A DNA stretch of 64,000 nucleotides, taken from Candidatus Eiseniibacteriota bacterium. Lineage in GTDB: Bacteria > Eisenbacteria > RBG-16-71-46. The notes under the pieces are model-generated. The model searched no databases, had not been told where the DNA came from, and saw only the letters and a list, made by a program, of their open reading frames with translations. Location of the stretch: contig CAVZLN010000008.1 of NCBI GenBank assembly GCA_963776245.1, positions 364,721 to 428,720 of the forward strand. Direction: 5' to 3'. Positions 22,297 through 33,067 of the stretch are shown here, piece after piece. Every line of letters starts with the position of its first letter. Within the stretch, counting starts at the first letter, position 1. The position numbers were made by a program, and so were the translations under genes.

Positions 22297-25005
22297 TCAG
22301 GCGCCGAGCGCCGTCTGCAGCAGGCGGCGCGCCTCATCGAGGGCGGCCTCCATCTTCTCCGGTTCCTTCGCGCCCGCGAGCGCCAGGTGCGGCTTGCCGC
22401 CCCCCGCGCCGCCGGCCAGCTTCGCGACCTGCTTGACGAGATCGGACGCGTTCAGCGTCTTGCTCGCGACCAGGTCGTCGGTGACCGCGGCGACGAACGT
22501 GAGCTTGCCGCCCGCCCGCAATCCCATCACCACCGCTCCGCTCCCGAGGACTCCGCGCATCCGGTCGGCCGCGTCGCGCACCGCGTTGGCGTCGGCGTCG
22601 GAGTCGATGGCCGCGACCGCCCAGCGCCCGCGCGGCCCCGCGACCGCGGAGCGCGCGATGCGCTCCATCTCGGCCTCGAGCCCGCCCCGCCGGGCGTCGG
22701 AGGCCGCCTTGCGGAGCGCGGCCAACTCGCCGCGGAGCCGCTCGATCTGCTCGGGCAGCGCGGCCGGCGTGACCTGCAGGGCGGCCGCGGCCCGTGCCAG
22801 CGTCTCGTGCTCCTCGCGCGCCCAGCGCAGAGTCTCGGCCCCGCACAGCGCCTCGATGCGCCGCACCCCCGCGGCGATGGCGCCCTCGGAGACCACCACG
22901 AACGCGCCGATGTCGCCGGTGCGCTCGACGTGCGTGCCGCCGCACAGCTCGCGGCTCGGCGCGATGCTGTCGTCCTCCACCCCGTCCACCGTGACCATGC
23001 GCACCTCGGCGCCGTACTTCTCGCCGAACAGCGCCATCGCGCCCTGCGCCCGTGCCGCGGCGATGGGCATCACCTGCCACGTCACCGGGCGGTTGCGCAG
23101 CACCCACTCGTTCACGATCGCCTCGACCGCCGCCAGCTGCTCGCGCGTGGGCGCCTCGAAGTGGTGGTAGTCGAAGCGCAGCCGGTCGGGCGCCACCAGC
23201 GAGCCCGCCTGGCGCACGTGCTCGCCCAGCGTGCGGCGCAGCGCCGCGTGCAGCAGGTGGGTGGCGGTGTGGTGGCGCAGCGTCGGGCGCCGGTGCGCCG
23301 GATCGACCGTGGCGCGCAACTGGCCCGCGGCGCCCGCGGCGAGGAGCGCTTCGGGCGCGCCGCTCGCGAGCCGCACGCGGTGGACGATGGCGTCGTGCTC
23401 CTTGTACACGTGCGCCAGCGTGGCGCGCGCGCCGCCGCCCTCGAGCGTGCCGCGGTCGGCGACCTGTCCGCCCGATTCGGCGTAGCACGGCGTGCGGTCG
23501 AGCACCAGCTCGAGATCCTCGCCGGACCGGCGCCAGCGCCGCAGGCGCAGGCCCTCGGCCGCGAGCGTGACGTAGCCGAGGAACTCCGAGTCGGGGCCCT
23601 CGCTCACCTCCGTCCACGCCGCGGCGTCCTCGCCCGGCCCGCGGGCGAACTTGCTCGCGGCGCGCGCGCGGTCGCGCTGTTCGTCCATCGCGCGCTCGAA
23701 GCCCTCGCGATCGACCGCGCCGCCGGCCTCGTGCGCGATCTCCTCGGTGAGCTCGATCGGGAAACCGTAGGTGTCGTGGAGCGCGAACGCGTCCTCGCCC
23801 TTCACTCGCTTGGACTCGGCGAGCAGCTTCTCGAGCCGCGCGAGGACCGGCTTCGAAGGTCTGGACGAAACCGGACTCCTCCTGCTCGATGACCCGCAGC
23901 ACCGTGTCGCGGCGCTGCCCGAGTTCCGGGTAATGCCCGCTGAACAGCCGGATGACCTGCTCCGCGCAGCCCGCGAGGAACGCCTCGCGGAGCCCCAGGC
24001 TCGCGCGCGAGCGCCCGCGCGTGACCGAGCGCCGCAGCAGCCGGCGCAGCACGTAGCCGGCGCCCTCGTTCCCCGGCAGCGCGCCTTCGGCGATCGCGAA
24101 GGTCAGCGCACGCACGTGGTCGGCCACGATGCGCGCGTCGCGGGTGGCCGCCTTGAGGTGCGCCGCGTCGGGGCGCGAGAGGTCGAGCACGTGCTCCACC
24201 AGGGCGCGAACAGGTCGGTCTCGAAGATCGTGTTCTTGCCTTGCAGGATGAGCGCGAGCCGCTCGAGCCCCATGCCGGTGTCGATGCCGGGTCGCGCGAG
24301 CGGCTGCAGGGTGCCGTCGGGCTGGGCGTCGAACTGCGGGAACACCAGGTTCCAGAACTCCATGTAGCGATCGCCATCGTCCCCGGGCGCCTCGCCCCAG
24401 AACGCGCCGTCCGCGAGGTAGGCGGGGCGCTGCTCGCCGAGGTCGAAGTAGATCTCGCTGCACGGTCCGCACGCGCCGCGGCCGCCCGCGGGGCCCCAGA
24501 AGTTGTCCTTGCGGCCGAGGAACACGACGTGGCTCTCGGGCAGGCCGATCTTCTTCCACAGCGCCACCGCTTCGTCGTCGCGCGGCAGGTTCCCCTCGCC
24601 CGCGAACACCGAGGCGTACAGGCGGTCCTTCGGAAGTCCGAGCGTCGCGGTCACGAACTCCCACGCGAACGCGATGGCCTCGTCCTTGAAGTAGGCGCCC
24701 TTCGAGCGCGGCCCGAACGAGAAGTTGCCGAGCATCTCGAAGAACGTGTCGTGGCGCGGCGTCAGGCCGACGTTGTCGAGGTCGGTCAGCCGCAGGCTCT
24801 TCTGCACCGAGGTGGCGCGGGTGTAGGGCACCTCGCCGGGGGTGGTGTAGTAGGGCTTGAACTGCACCATGCCGGCGGTGGTGAACAGGAGCGTCGGGTC
24901 GTTCGGGACCAGCGGGGACGAGGGCACCTCGACGTGCCCGTGCCGGACGAAGAAGTCGAGGAATGCGCGACGCAGGTCGGTCGCGGCGCGAAGGGTCGAG
25001 GTCAT
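22297..25005 (-). CDS. alaS: Alanine--tRNA ligase (frameshifts near 23845 and 24205)
   Basis: [58 protein letters not shown]. Confidence 0.96.
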
Positions 25006-25089
25006 CCGGTCTCCGAAGTCCGATACGCGTCGTCCCCGGGCGCGGCAAGGCGGTCCGCCGGGGTGGTCATGCGGGGCTTGGACCGTGGC

Positions 25090-25118
25090 AAGATAGAGGA
25101 TGCGGCGAAGCGGCTCAA
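25090..25118 (-). promoter_or_regulatory. Putative sigma70 promoter of alaS
   Basis: TTGAGC-N17-TATCTT on minus strand, about 85 nt upstream of start. Confidence 0.45.
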
Positions 25119-25176
25119 TGCGCGGGAGCCGCCCCCGCCCGATGGAAGCGCCCCGGGCGCGACGATCCCGGGAGCC

Positions 25177-25722
25177 TCAGCCCGCGTCCAGCGCGTCCAT
25201 CTGCCGGGAGACCTCGTCGAGCTCCTCGGGCTCGAGCAGCTCGCGCGTCATCGGGAAGAGGATCTGCTCCTCCTTGCCGAAGTGTTCGTCCAGCAGGCGC
25301 ACGATCTCGGCGCCGCTGGCGAGCAGGGCCGCCGCGTCGTCACCGGCGGAGGCGAGTCGCTTCAGGCGCTCCCCGCCCGCCACGATGGCCGGGTGCTCGA
25401 CCTCGTTGAGCTGGCGCAGCGTGGCGCGGAACAGCTCGGCCTGCGCGTGGATGGCCCGGTGCTCCGCACGCATGACCACGGTAGGGCCCTCGCTGTCGCC
25501 GAGGACGCGTTCGAGCGCGGGGAACAGGGCCTCGTCCTCGCGCCGCGCGTGCGCCAGCAGCTCGGTCTCGATCACGCGGGCGGTGCCGCGCAGCGCCGGC
25601 AACGCCTCGGCGAGCGCGGCCGGACCGCGCTGCTCCAGCGCGCGCACCGCCACCCGCAGGTCGCCGACCTGGCGCATGATGCCCTGGTGCTCCCACAGGA
25701 GGCGTTCGACGGGGTCGCGCAT
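25177..25722 (-). CDS. Hemerythrin/HHE domain protein
   Basis: WEH, HARREDEALFP, AEH, HFGKEEQILFP. Confidence 0.85.
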   Translation of the reverse strand: MRDPVERLLWEHQGIMRQVGDLRVAVRALEQRGPAALAEALPALRGTARVIETELLAHARREDEALFPALERVLGDSEGPTVVMRAEHRAIHAQAELFRATLRQLNEVEHPAIVAGGERLKRLASAGDDAAALLASGAEIVRLLDEHFGKEEQILFPMTRELLEPEELDEVSRQMDALDAG

Positions 25723-25727
25723 GGGGA

Positions 25728-28073
25728 TCACCGTACACGCACGACCCGCCCGGCCCAAGTCCTCCCGCCCGCCTGCGCGCGCACCAGGTAGAGCCCGGCG
25801 GGGACCGTCGAGCGACGTTCGTCGCGACCGTCCCACCGGAACTCCCGCGACCCCGCGCCCGCGGGTGCCGCGGTGGCGCGCCACACCCGCCGCCCGCCCA
25901 CATCGAAGACCTCGACCGTGACCGCGGACGACATCGGTAGCGCGAGCCGGATCGAGACCGTCTCCGCGAACGGATTGGGCTCGATCCGCAGACCAGCGGG
26001 CACGGGCGGCGGCGCGGCGCGCGGGACGTCGACGAGGCCTTCGCCCATCTGGAGCGCGGCGAAGTGGTTGTTGGAGTTCTCGTAGTTCGTGTGGCCGCCG
26101 AACACCAGGGCGCGCTTCCGGATCGGGTCGTAGGCCGCCGTGCTGGCCCATTGCGGCGCCGCGAACGGCTCGCGCGGATGCAGAGCCCGCCACCCGCCAC
26201 CCGGGTTCGAGAGGTCGAGCATGGATGTCGCCTGCGAGGACTCGCCGAACGCCACGAGCCGGTCGTGTGAGACATCGTAGACGAGCGATGCCGGCGGCGG
26301 CGATAGCGGCCCTCCGGTGGACACCCGGCTCCACGACGGCGATCCATCCAGCGCGAGCGCCCAGGTGTCCGCCGGAAGGTTGCCCCCCGCGATGATCATC
26401 CGCCGCCGGACGGGGTCGTAAACGGCGCCATGCCCCTGGCGACCACCCGGAATCGCGTTGGCCACCGCGAGCGACTCCCATGCCGGCGCCGGCGAGAGAT
26501 GCAGCACCCAGGTCGCATTGGTGGCGCCCGCCGCCGTCCGGCCCCCGAAGTAGATCACCCGATCCGCCACCGGATCGTAGATCCCGGAATGCCCGCTCCG
26601 AGCGCTGGGCGGGGTGCCGGACACAGCCGGTGTCGTCCATGTCGGCGTTCCGCTCCCGAATTCGAGGGCATGCAGATCGCCCAGCAGAGTCCCGGGGACG
26701 GTGTGTCCGTCGTTGTCCTCGCCGCCGAACACGAGCAATCGGTCCCGGAGGGTGTCCATGACAGCCGTGGTTCGATCCCGCCCGAGGAGGCTGGGGTACA
26801 TGCGCGCCAACTCCTGCCAGCCGGCGAGCGACCACGCCCAGACGTCGTCGCGGGATGTGCCGCCACTCCACGGATTCGGCGGCAGCATCTGGATACCGCC
26901 GCAGAGGATGAAGCGGTCGCGGGAGGCGTCGTAGGCCGAAGCCGCGAAGGCACGCCCGATCGGGGGCTGGTCGGTGCCGACGAGCTCCTGCCACCCCGAC
27001 GGTGGGTCGAGTGACCTGGTGGCGACGAAGGACTCCACCACACCGTCAGCCCGCCCCCCCTGCGTGATCAGACGCCGGCGGCGAGAGTCGAAGACGGCGG
27101 CATGCCCCCAGACTCCCAGGCCCCATTCGATGTGAAGCCCCGACGAGTCGGCCAGCGACATCCAAAGATCGGTGCTGAGTGTGTTCGAATGGGAGTACTC
27201 CTGCCCACATCCGCCGGTGACGACCATCCGATCCCCGACCGGGTCGTAGATGGCGCCCGCCATAGACCGCGGGCCGTCGGGGTGGTTCGACAACGGCAGC
27301 AGTCGCTTCCATCCGGTACCCCCGCTCAGAGCGAACGCCCAGGCGTCGTCCCGGTAGGGGCCATAATACAAATCCATTCCGCCGAAGATCACGACTCGGT
27401 CGCGCGGCGGATCGTAGATGACGCACGCTCCGGCGCGCTCTCCTGCGGCCGGATGCCAACCGCTCAGCGTCGACCAGCAGGCCGTTCCTTGGAGCGGCAG
27501 CGCCTTCAGCCTCACCCCGTCGTAGACCACCAGTCGGTCGCGGACTGGATCGTACAGGCCGGCTATCGTCTGGTCCGGGAAGTCGGTCTCGAAGACCGGC
27601 GGCGGGCAGGTGCTGGAGAGGGTCGAGATGCGCGACCAGGACATCGGCGCGGAGAGTGAGAGCGCCCAGACCACGCTGTCCTCGGGAAACCCGTACAGCA
27701 ACATGCGGTCGCGCAGCGGATCGATCACCGCGAATCCACGCTCGAATGCGGTAGGTCCCTGACCCGAGGTCTGCTGCTTCACCCAGAGCGGGGCAGCGCC
27801 GCTGAACTCCAGCGCCCAGACGGTCTGCGCGCCGCCACCGAAAATGAGCATCCGATCCCGTAGCGAGTCGTACACCGCGGCTTGCTGGAAGCGCGGCAGC
27901 GGTGGGATCTCCTGCCACCAGCCGTCCTCGCCCATGACGGGTGGCGTGGTGGCAGCCTGAGTGGACGGTGCCCAGGGCCATGGGGACCGTTGGGCGGCGG
28001 CACAGGGCGCCCCGGACGCGGACATCGCGATCAGGGCGAGCACGACCAGGACGGCCGAGGAGCCCGCGCGCAT
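25728..28073 (-). CDS. Secreted Kelch-repeat beta-propeller protein with FlgD-Ig-like C-terminal tail
   Basis: Signal peptide; many YDPxRDRxxxFGG repeats; tail PNPF...VFDVGGRRV...WDGRD...GLYLVR. Confidence 0.85.
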   Translation of the reverse strand: MRAGSSAVLVVLALIAMSASGAPCAAAQRSPWPWAPSTQAATTPPVMGEDGWWQEIPPLPRFQQAAVYDSLRDRMLIFGGGAQTVWALEFSGAAPLWVKQQTSGQGPTAFERGFAVIDPLRDRMLLYGFPEDSVVWALSLSAPMSWSRISTLSSTCPPPVFETDFPDQTIAGLYDPVRDRLVVYDGVRLKALPLQGTACWSTLSGWHPAAGERAGACVIYDPPRDRVVIFGGMDLYYGPYRDDAWAFALSGGTGWKRLLPLSNHPDGPRSMAGAIYDPVGDRMVVTGGCGQEYSHSNTLSTDLWMSLADSSGLHIEWGLGVWGHAAVFDSRRRRLITQGGRADGVVESFVATRSLDPPSGWQELVGTDQPPIGRAFAASAYDASRDRFILCGGIQMLPPNPWSGGTSRDDVWAWSLAGWQELARMYPSLLGRDRTTAVMDTLRDRLLVFGGEDNDGHTVPGTLLGDLHALEFGSGTPTWTTPAVSGTPPSARSGHSGIYDPVADRVIYFGGRTAAGATNATWVLHLSPAPAWESLAVANAIPGGRQGHGAVYDPVRRRMIIAGGNLPADTWALALDGSPSWSRVSTGGPLSPPPASLVYDVSHDRLVAFGESSQATSMLDLSNPGGGWRALHPREPFAAPQWASTAAYDPIRKRALVFGGHTNYENSNNHFAALQMGEGLVDVPRAAPPPVPAGLRIEPNPFAETVSIRLALPMSSAVTVEVFDVGGRRVWRATAAPAGAGSREFRWDGRDERRSTVPAGLYLVRAQAGGRTWAGRVVRVR

Positions 28074-28123
28074 CGCGGTTCCTCCCAAGGGGGATGGTCC
28101 AGCGGGGGGTCTCGAATGGGATT

Positions 28124-28657
28124 CTACTCCTCGCCCGGCTCCTCGTCTGCGATCACCAGCGCGCGCCGGATGATATCCCCATCGAAGCCCCGCCGCGCGA
28201 GCAGGGCGTAGAGGCGCTGGCGGCGGGTGCGCTCGTCGAGCTTCGCGTAGCGCCGCGCCGCCTGCTCGAGCGCCTTGCGCGCGGCGTCCAGCTCGCCCGT
28301 GGCGCCCTCACGCTCCTCGAGCCGCGCGCGCGCGATGGCGATGTCGTCGGCACCGATGCCCTTGGCGCGTAATTCGTTCTCGAGCCGGCGCCAGCCCGAC
28401 ATCCGCCGGTGCAGCCGCCCGGCGAGCCAGGCGCGCGCGAACTCGGCGTCATCCACCAGGCCCACTCCGGTGAGACGGTCGAGCACCTCGGCCACCGTGG
28501 CGGCGGCGTAGCCCTTCTCGCGCAGCCGCCGCGCCAGATCGGCGCGGGTGCGGCGCAGGCGCTCGAGCAGGCGCAACGCCTCCTCGCGGCAGGCAGTGGG
28601 GTCGGTGAGCGGCTCGGCCCCGGGATCGCGCCGCGTCGGCCGGCGCGTGGCGGTCAT
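28124..28657 (-). CDS. recX: Regulatory protein RecX
   Basis: [30 protein letters not shown]; downstream of recA. Confidence 0.88.
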   Translation of the reverse strand: MTATRRPTRRDPGAEPLTDPTACREEALRLLERLRRTRADLARRLREKGYAAATVAEVLDRLTGVGLVDDAEFARAWLAGRLHRRMSGWRRLENELRAKGIGADDIAIARARLEEREGATGELDAARKALEQAARRYAKLDERTRRQRLYALLARRGFDGDIIRRALVIADEEPGEE

Positions 28658-29058
28658 CGTTGGAGCCCGCACGCGGCGAAGAACCCGCGCAGACCCTCGA
28701 CCTCGCCGGGCAGGTCGTGGTGGACGATGCGCACCACCTTCCCCGCCGGGCCGACGGTGAACACCTGCCGGCACTGGTGGCGGTGGGCGCGGCCAGCATG
28801 GGCGAGGTGATCGATGAACGTCACCGCGATCTCGTCGTCCGAGAGCGGTTCGACCTCGCTCTCGTAGCGCACCTCGTCGAGGTGACGTCTTCCCCATTCG
28901 GTGGCCTCGCGGTACGACGCCACGATCGCCTGGGGACCGCGCAGCGTCGCGCGACCGGTCAGGTACTCGCAGTCGGCGGCGAGCAGGCCGAGCACACGAT
29001 CGAAGTCGTCGAGGTCGAGCGCCTCGGCGAGCGCGCGGACGACCTCGGCGCTTCGCAT
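28654..29058 (-). CDS. SnoaL-like/NTF2 family protein
   Basis: 134 aa; [17 protein letters not shown]...GPQAI...GKVVRIVH. Confidence 0.72.
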   Translation of the reverse strand: MRSAEVVRALAEALDLDDFDRVLGLLAADCEYLTGRATLRGPQAIVASYREATEWGRRHLDEVRYESEVEPLSDDEIAVTFIDHLAHAGRAHRHQCRQVFTVGPAGKVVRIVHHDLPGEVEGLRGFFAACGLQR

Positions 29059-29060
29059 GG

Positions 29061-30206
<1,146 letters not shown>

Positions 30207-30321
30207 GGTCTGCGTCTCCTTGCAGGGGCTGCGGGTCCTTCACGGGGTGCCGTCGGAGGGGGCTGCCTCGGGAAACTAGCAAAGTCGTGCCCGCTCTCCG
30301 ACGGCGACATGCTCGGAGGGC

Positions 30322-30350
30322 ATGCTACACATATGGGCAGTACAGGGCAA
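30322..30350 (-). promoter_or_regulatory. Putative recA promoter
   Basis: TTGCCC-N17-TAGCAT on minus strand in a locally AT-richer patch. Confidence 0.55.
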
Positions 30351-30466
30351 GGGGAACTTCGGGCGGCAGCGAGAGGGGCGCGCCCAGATCTCGAGGGCGC
30401 GCCCCTCATGTGCCTCAACCGGCGGCCGGCGCGCGCGTTCCGCGCCTCACGCGCCGCGCGGGACGC

Positions 30467-32917
30467 TCATCTCACATAGGCCATCCGCCGCGTGAGCACC
30501 CGGCCGAGCGCCTCCAACCTCACGAAGTAGAGCCCGCTTCCCACCGGGGTCCCCACCGCGTCGCGCCCATCCCAGACCTCGCTCCACTTCCCGGCCGTTC
30601 GCTCGCCGCTCGCCAGCGTGCGCACCCGCCGCCCCTGCGCGTCGAACACCGACAGCTCCACGGAGGTCGCGGACGGCAGCGTGAAGCCGACGCGCGCCGC
30701 GCCGAGCGCCGGATTGGGGGCGATGGAAGCGAGCGACAGCTCGCGCGGCGTCTCGTCCTCCACCGCCAGCGTGCCGTTCGGCAGCAGCAGCGCGAACGCG
30801 CTCTCGTTGCCGTGGATATCGAACGCCGAGAGCTTGTAGTAGGCGGTCGGCGCTCCGGCGTCGAGATAGCCGGGGTCGGCCTTCTGGATCACCAGGTTCG
30901 ACGGCCCGGGAGCGAAGTCGGGCGCGGACCCGCGGTAGAGCCGGTAACCGGCCAGGTCCGCCTCCGGGCTCGCGGCCCAGATCAGGCTCGCTCCGTAGCC
31001 GGCCGCGTACGTCCCGGTGAACGGTGCCGGCACCGCCGGCGCCAGATCGTCCACCGAGTACGCGCTCACGGGCGGCGAGGTCCAGCGGCCCGAACCGGTG
31101 GCCGCCATCCCCTCCACCATGAACGCGGTGAGCGGATTGCCGGCGGCGGTGGAGTCGCTGGTGGTGGGTGCCACCAGCGAGTAGCCGGGCAGTCCGCTCG
31201 CCACCTGGGTGCCCACCAGCTCCCAGTACCACGTCTGGGCGCCTTCGACAGTGGTGCGGAACACGCGGGACGCGGCGGGCGGCTCACCGCCTTCCTGCGT
31301 GTCGTCGATCAGCACCGCTCCGGCGGCCAGCGCGCCCTGAGCGAGCGCGGCCGGGGCCTCGCGCCATACCCGGTACGAGCCGATCCCGTAGGTCGGGTCG
31401 GCGTCGAGATACGAGGGGCTCCACGCCACGCGCACCTGCCCGCCCTGATCGTGAGCGACATCGTCCACCGCGGCGATGAACGGCTCGGGGCTGCCGAGAT
31501 AGCCGTAGTGGTCCACGTGCCCGGCGAGCAGGTCGTAGCTGCTCCCGTCCCAGCTGTTGCACCACACCACGATCGCGCCACCCTTGCCGTCGGCGCACGA
31601 GAGCACGCTGGCGTACGAGCCGCCCGCGATGACGGCTGAACAGATGTCGGTCCCACCCGACGGCCAGCCCGCGGCGGCGGCGCCGCCCGGGAGGTATCGA
31701 TGCGCCCCCACCCGCCAGGGCACGGCGTAGATGATCTGCGTGCCCACCAGCAGACCGCCGGTCCCGTCCGGCGCGATGCCGGCGTAGTAGTCGCTCACGT
31801 TCAAGCCACTTGTCGTCCAGCCCGGCGGGATGGTGCCGTTCACCGTGAATCGAGTGACGTAGCGGGCGGAGTTGGACAGGTTCGCCCAGTGCACGTATCC
31901 GCCGCCCGCGCCATCGGTCACCAGTTCCATCAGGACCTGGTCCGAGACGCCGGTGCCGATCAGCAGCGAACCGCTCTGGAAGCCGGCTGGGGTCCGGCCC
32001 GTCGGCAACAGGCGGGTGCCGTACACGTCGGCGTCCCCGCTGCGACGATCGGTCCACACCACCAGCGCTCCGTTGTCTCCGTCGCTGATGACGAGCGGCT
32101 GGGTCTGATCGCCGGTCGCGTTGGTGACCGATGCGCCGAAGATCTGCGAGCCATCGCCGCGGTAGTTGACCGCGAAGATGTCGTAGTTCCCCGCGTTGTT
32201 GGACTGGTACGCCACGATGCATCCACCCGTGCCATTGGGGGCCACACTGGGGTACTCCTGCAACGTGCTCGTGGCGTCGAGGTCCATCCCGCCGGCCGGG
32301 AACCCCACCTCGACCTGGCCATCGGCCGTCAGGTGCTGGAGCATCGGATCGTGGTTGGAGACGCTCAGGTTCGCCTGCCAGACGATGAACGCCCCGCCGG
32401 CGCCGTCGCTGCAGAGCTTCGGCAGCACGTCGTCGGTGGAGGCCAGGCTCACGCGCAGACCGCCCGCGGGCCAGCCCGGGGCCACGTCGCCGTCGGCGAG
32501 GATGCGGATCGCGTAGATATCGTGCCCGTTGGGAGCGCTGCGCAGGTCATCCCACGCCAGGATCGCGCCGCCTTCGCCGTCCGGGATCATGACCACGCCG
32601 ATCTGCCCACCGGAGGCGGTGCACACCGGAATCCCATTGGCGGTCCAGCCCGGGTCGGGGCCTCCCCCGACGAGCAGGCGTGCCATGTAGATGTCGACGC
32701 CGGTGACGCCACTGTTGCGGTAGTCCGCCCAGGCCACGAACGCGCCGCCCGCGCCATCCGTGACCACCGCATGGGAGATCTGCATGTCGGTGGCGGTGGT
32801 GACACGCACCGGCGTACAGAGCGTGTGGGGCCACTGCGCGCGCGCCGCGCACGGGACCAGGATGGAGAGCAGCACGGCAACGACGAGGACGAGGGGAACC
32901 CGGAGGGATCGGCCCAT
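30467..32917 (-). CDS. Secreted repeat protein (DGxGG-W repeats) with FlgD-Ig-like C-terminal tail, paralog 1
   Basis: Signal peptide; repeated TDGAGGAFVAWADYR-like units; FN3-like DLAGYRLYRG; tail PNP...WDGRD...SGLYFVRL. Confidence 0.82.
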   Translation of the reverse strand: MGRSLRVPLVLVVAVLLSILVPCAARAQWPHTLCTPVRVTTATDMQISHAVVTDGAGGAFVAWADYRNSGVTGVDIYMARLLVGGGPDPGWTANGIPVCTASGGQIGVVMIPDGEGGAILAWDDLRSAPNGHDIYAIRILADGDVAPGWPAGGLRVSLASTDDVLPKLCSDGAGGAFIVWQANLSVSNHDPMLQHLTADGQVEVGFPAGGMDLDATSTLQEYPSVAPNGTGGCIVAYQSNNAGNYDIFAVNYRGDGSQIFGASVTNATGDQTQPLVISDGDNGALVVWTDRRSGDADVYGTRLLPTGRTPAGFQSGSLLIGTGVSDQVLMELVTDGAGGGYVHWANLSNSARYVTRFTVNGTIPPGWTTSGLNVSDYYAGIAPDGTGGLLVGTQIIYAVPWRVGAHRYLPGGAAAAGWPSGGTDICSAVIAGGSYASVLSCADGKGGAIVVWCNSWDGSSYDLLAGHVDHYGYLGSPEPFIAAVDDVAHDQGGQVRVAWSPSYLDADPTYGIGSYRVWREAPAALAQGALAAGAVLIDDTQEGGEPPAASRVFRTTVEGAQTWYWELVGTQVASGLPGYSLVAPTTSDSTAAGNPLTAFMVEGMAATGSGRWTSPPVSAYSVDDLAPAVPAPFTGTYAAGYGASLIWAASPEADLAGYRLYRGSAPDFAPGPSNLVIQKADPGYLDAGAPTAYYKLSAFDIHGNESAFALLLPNGTLAVEDETPRELSLASIAPNPALGAARVGFTLPSATSVELSVFDAQGRRVRTLASGERTAGKWSEVWDGRDAVGTPVGSGLYFVRLEALGRVLTRRMAYVR

Positions 32918-33067
32918 GACGCACCCCACTGGGGTCGTCGGGGCGACGACCGCCGCATGGTTCGCGAGACCGGCATCCCTGCCGGCGGGTCCGAGGTGCC
33001 GACACCATAGGTCCGGCACCGGCGCGGGGCAAACCTGCGCGCCTCGACCTGCCCCGACCGAGCGCCG

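Noticed and set aside
30340..30348. GTACAGGGC shared by the recA promoter and the element palindromes (62970), suggesting SOS control of the element
   Set aside because: A single 9-mer match in 64 kb is near chance expectation
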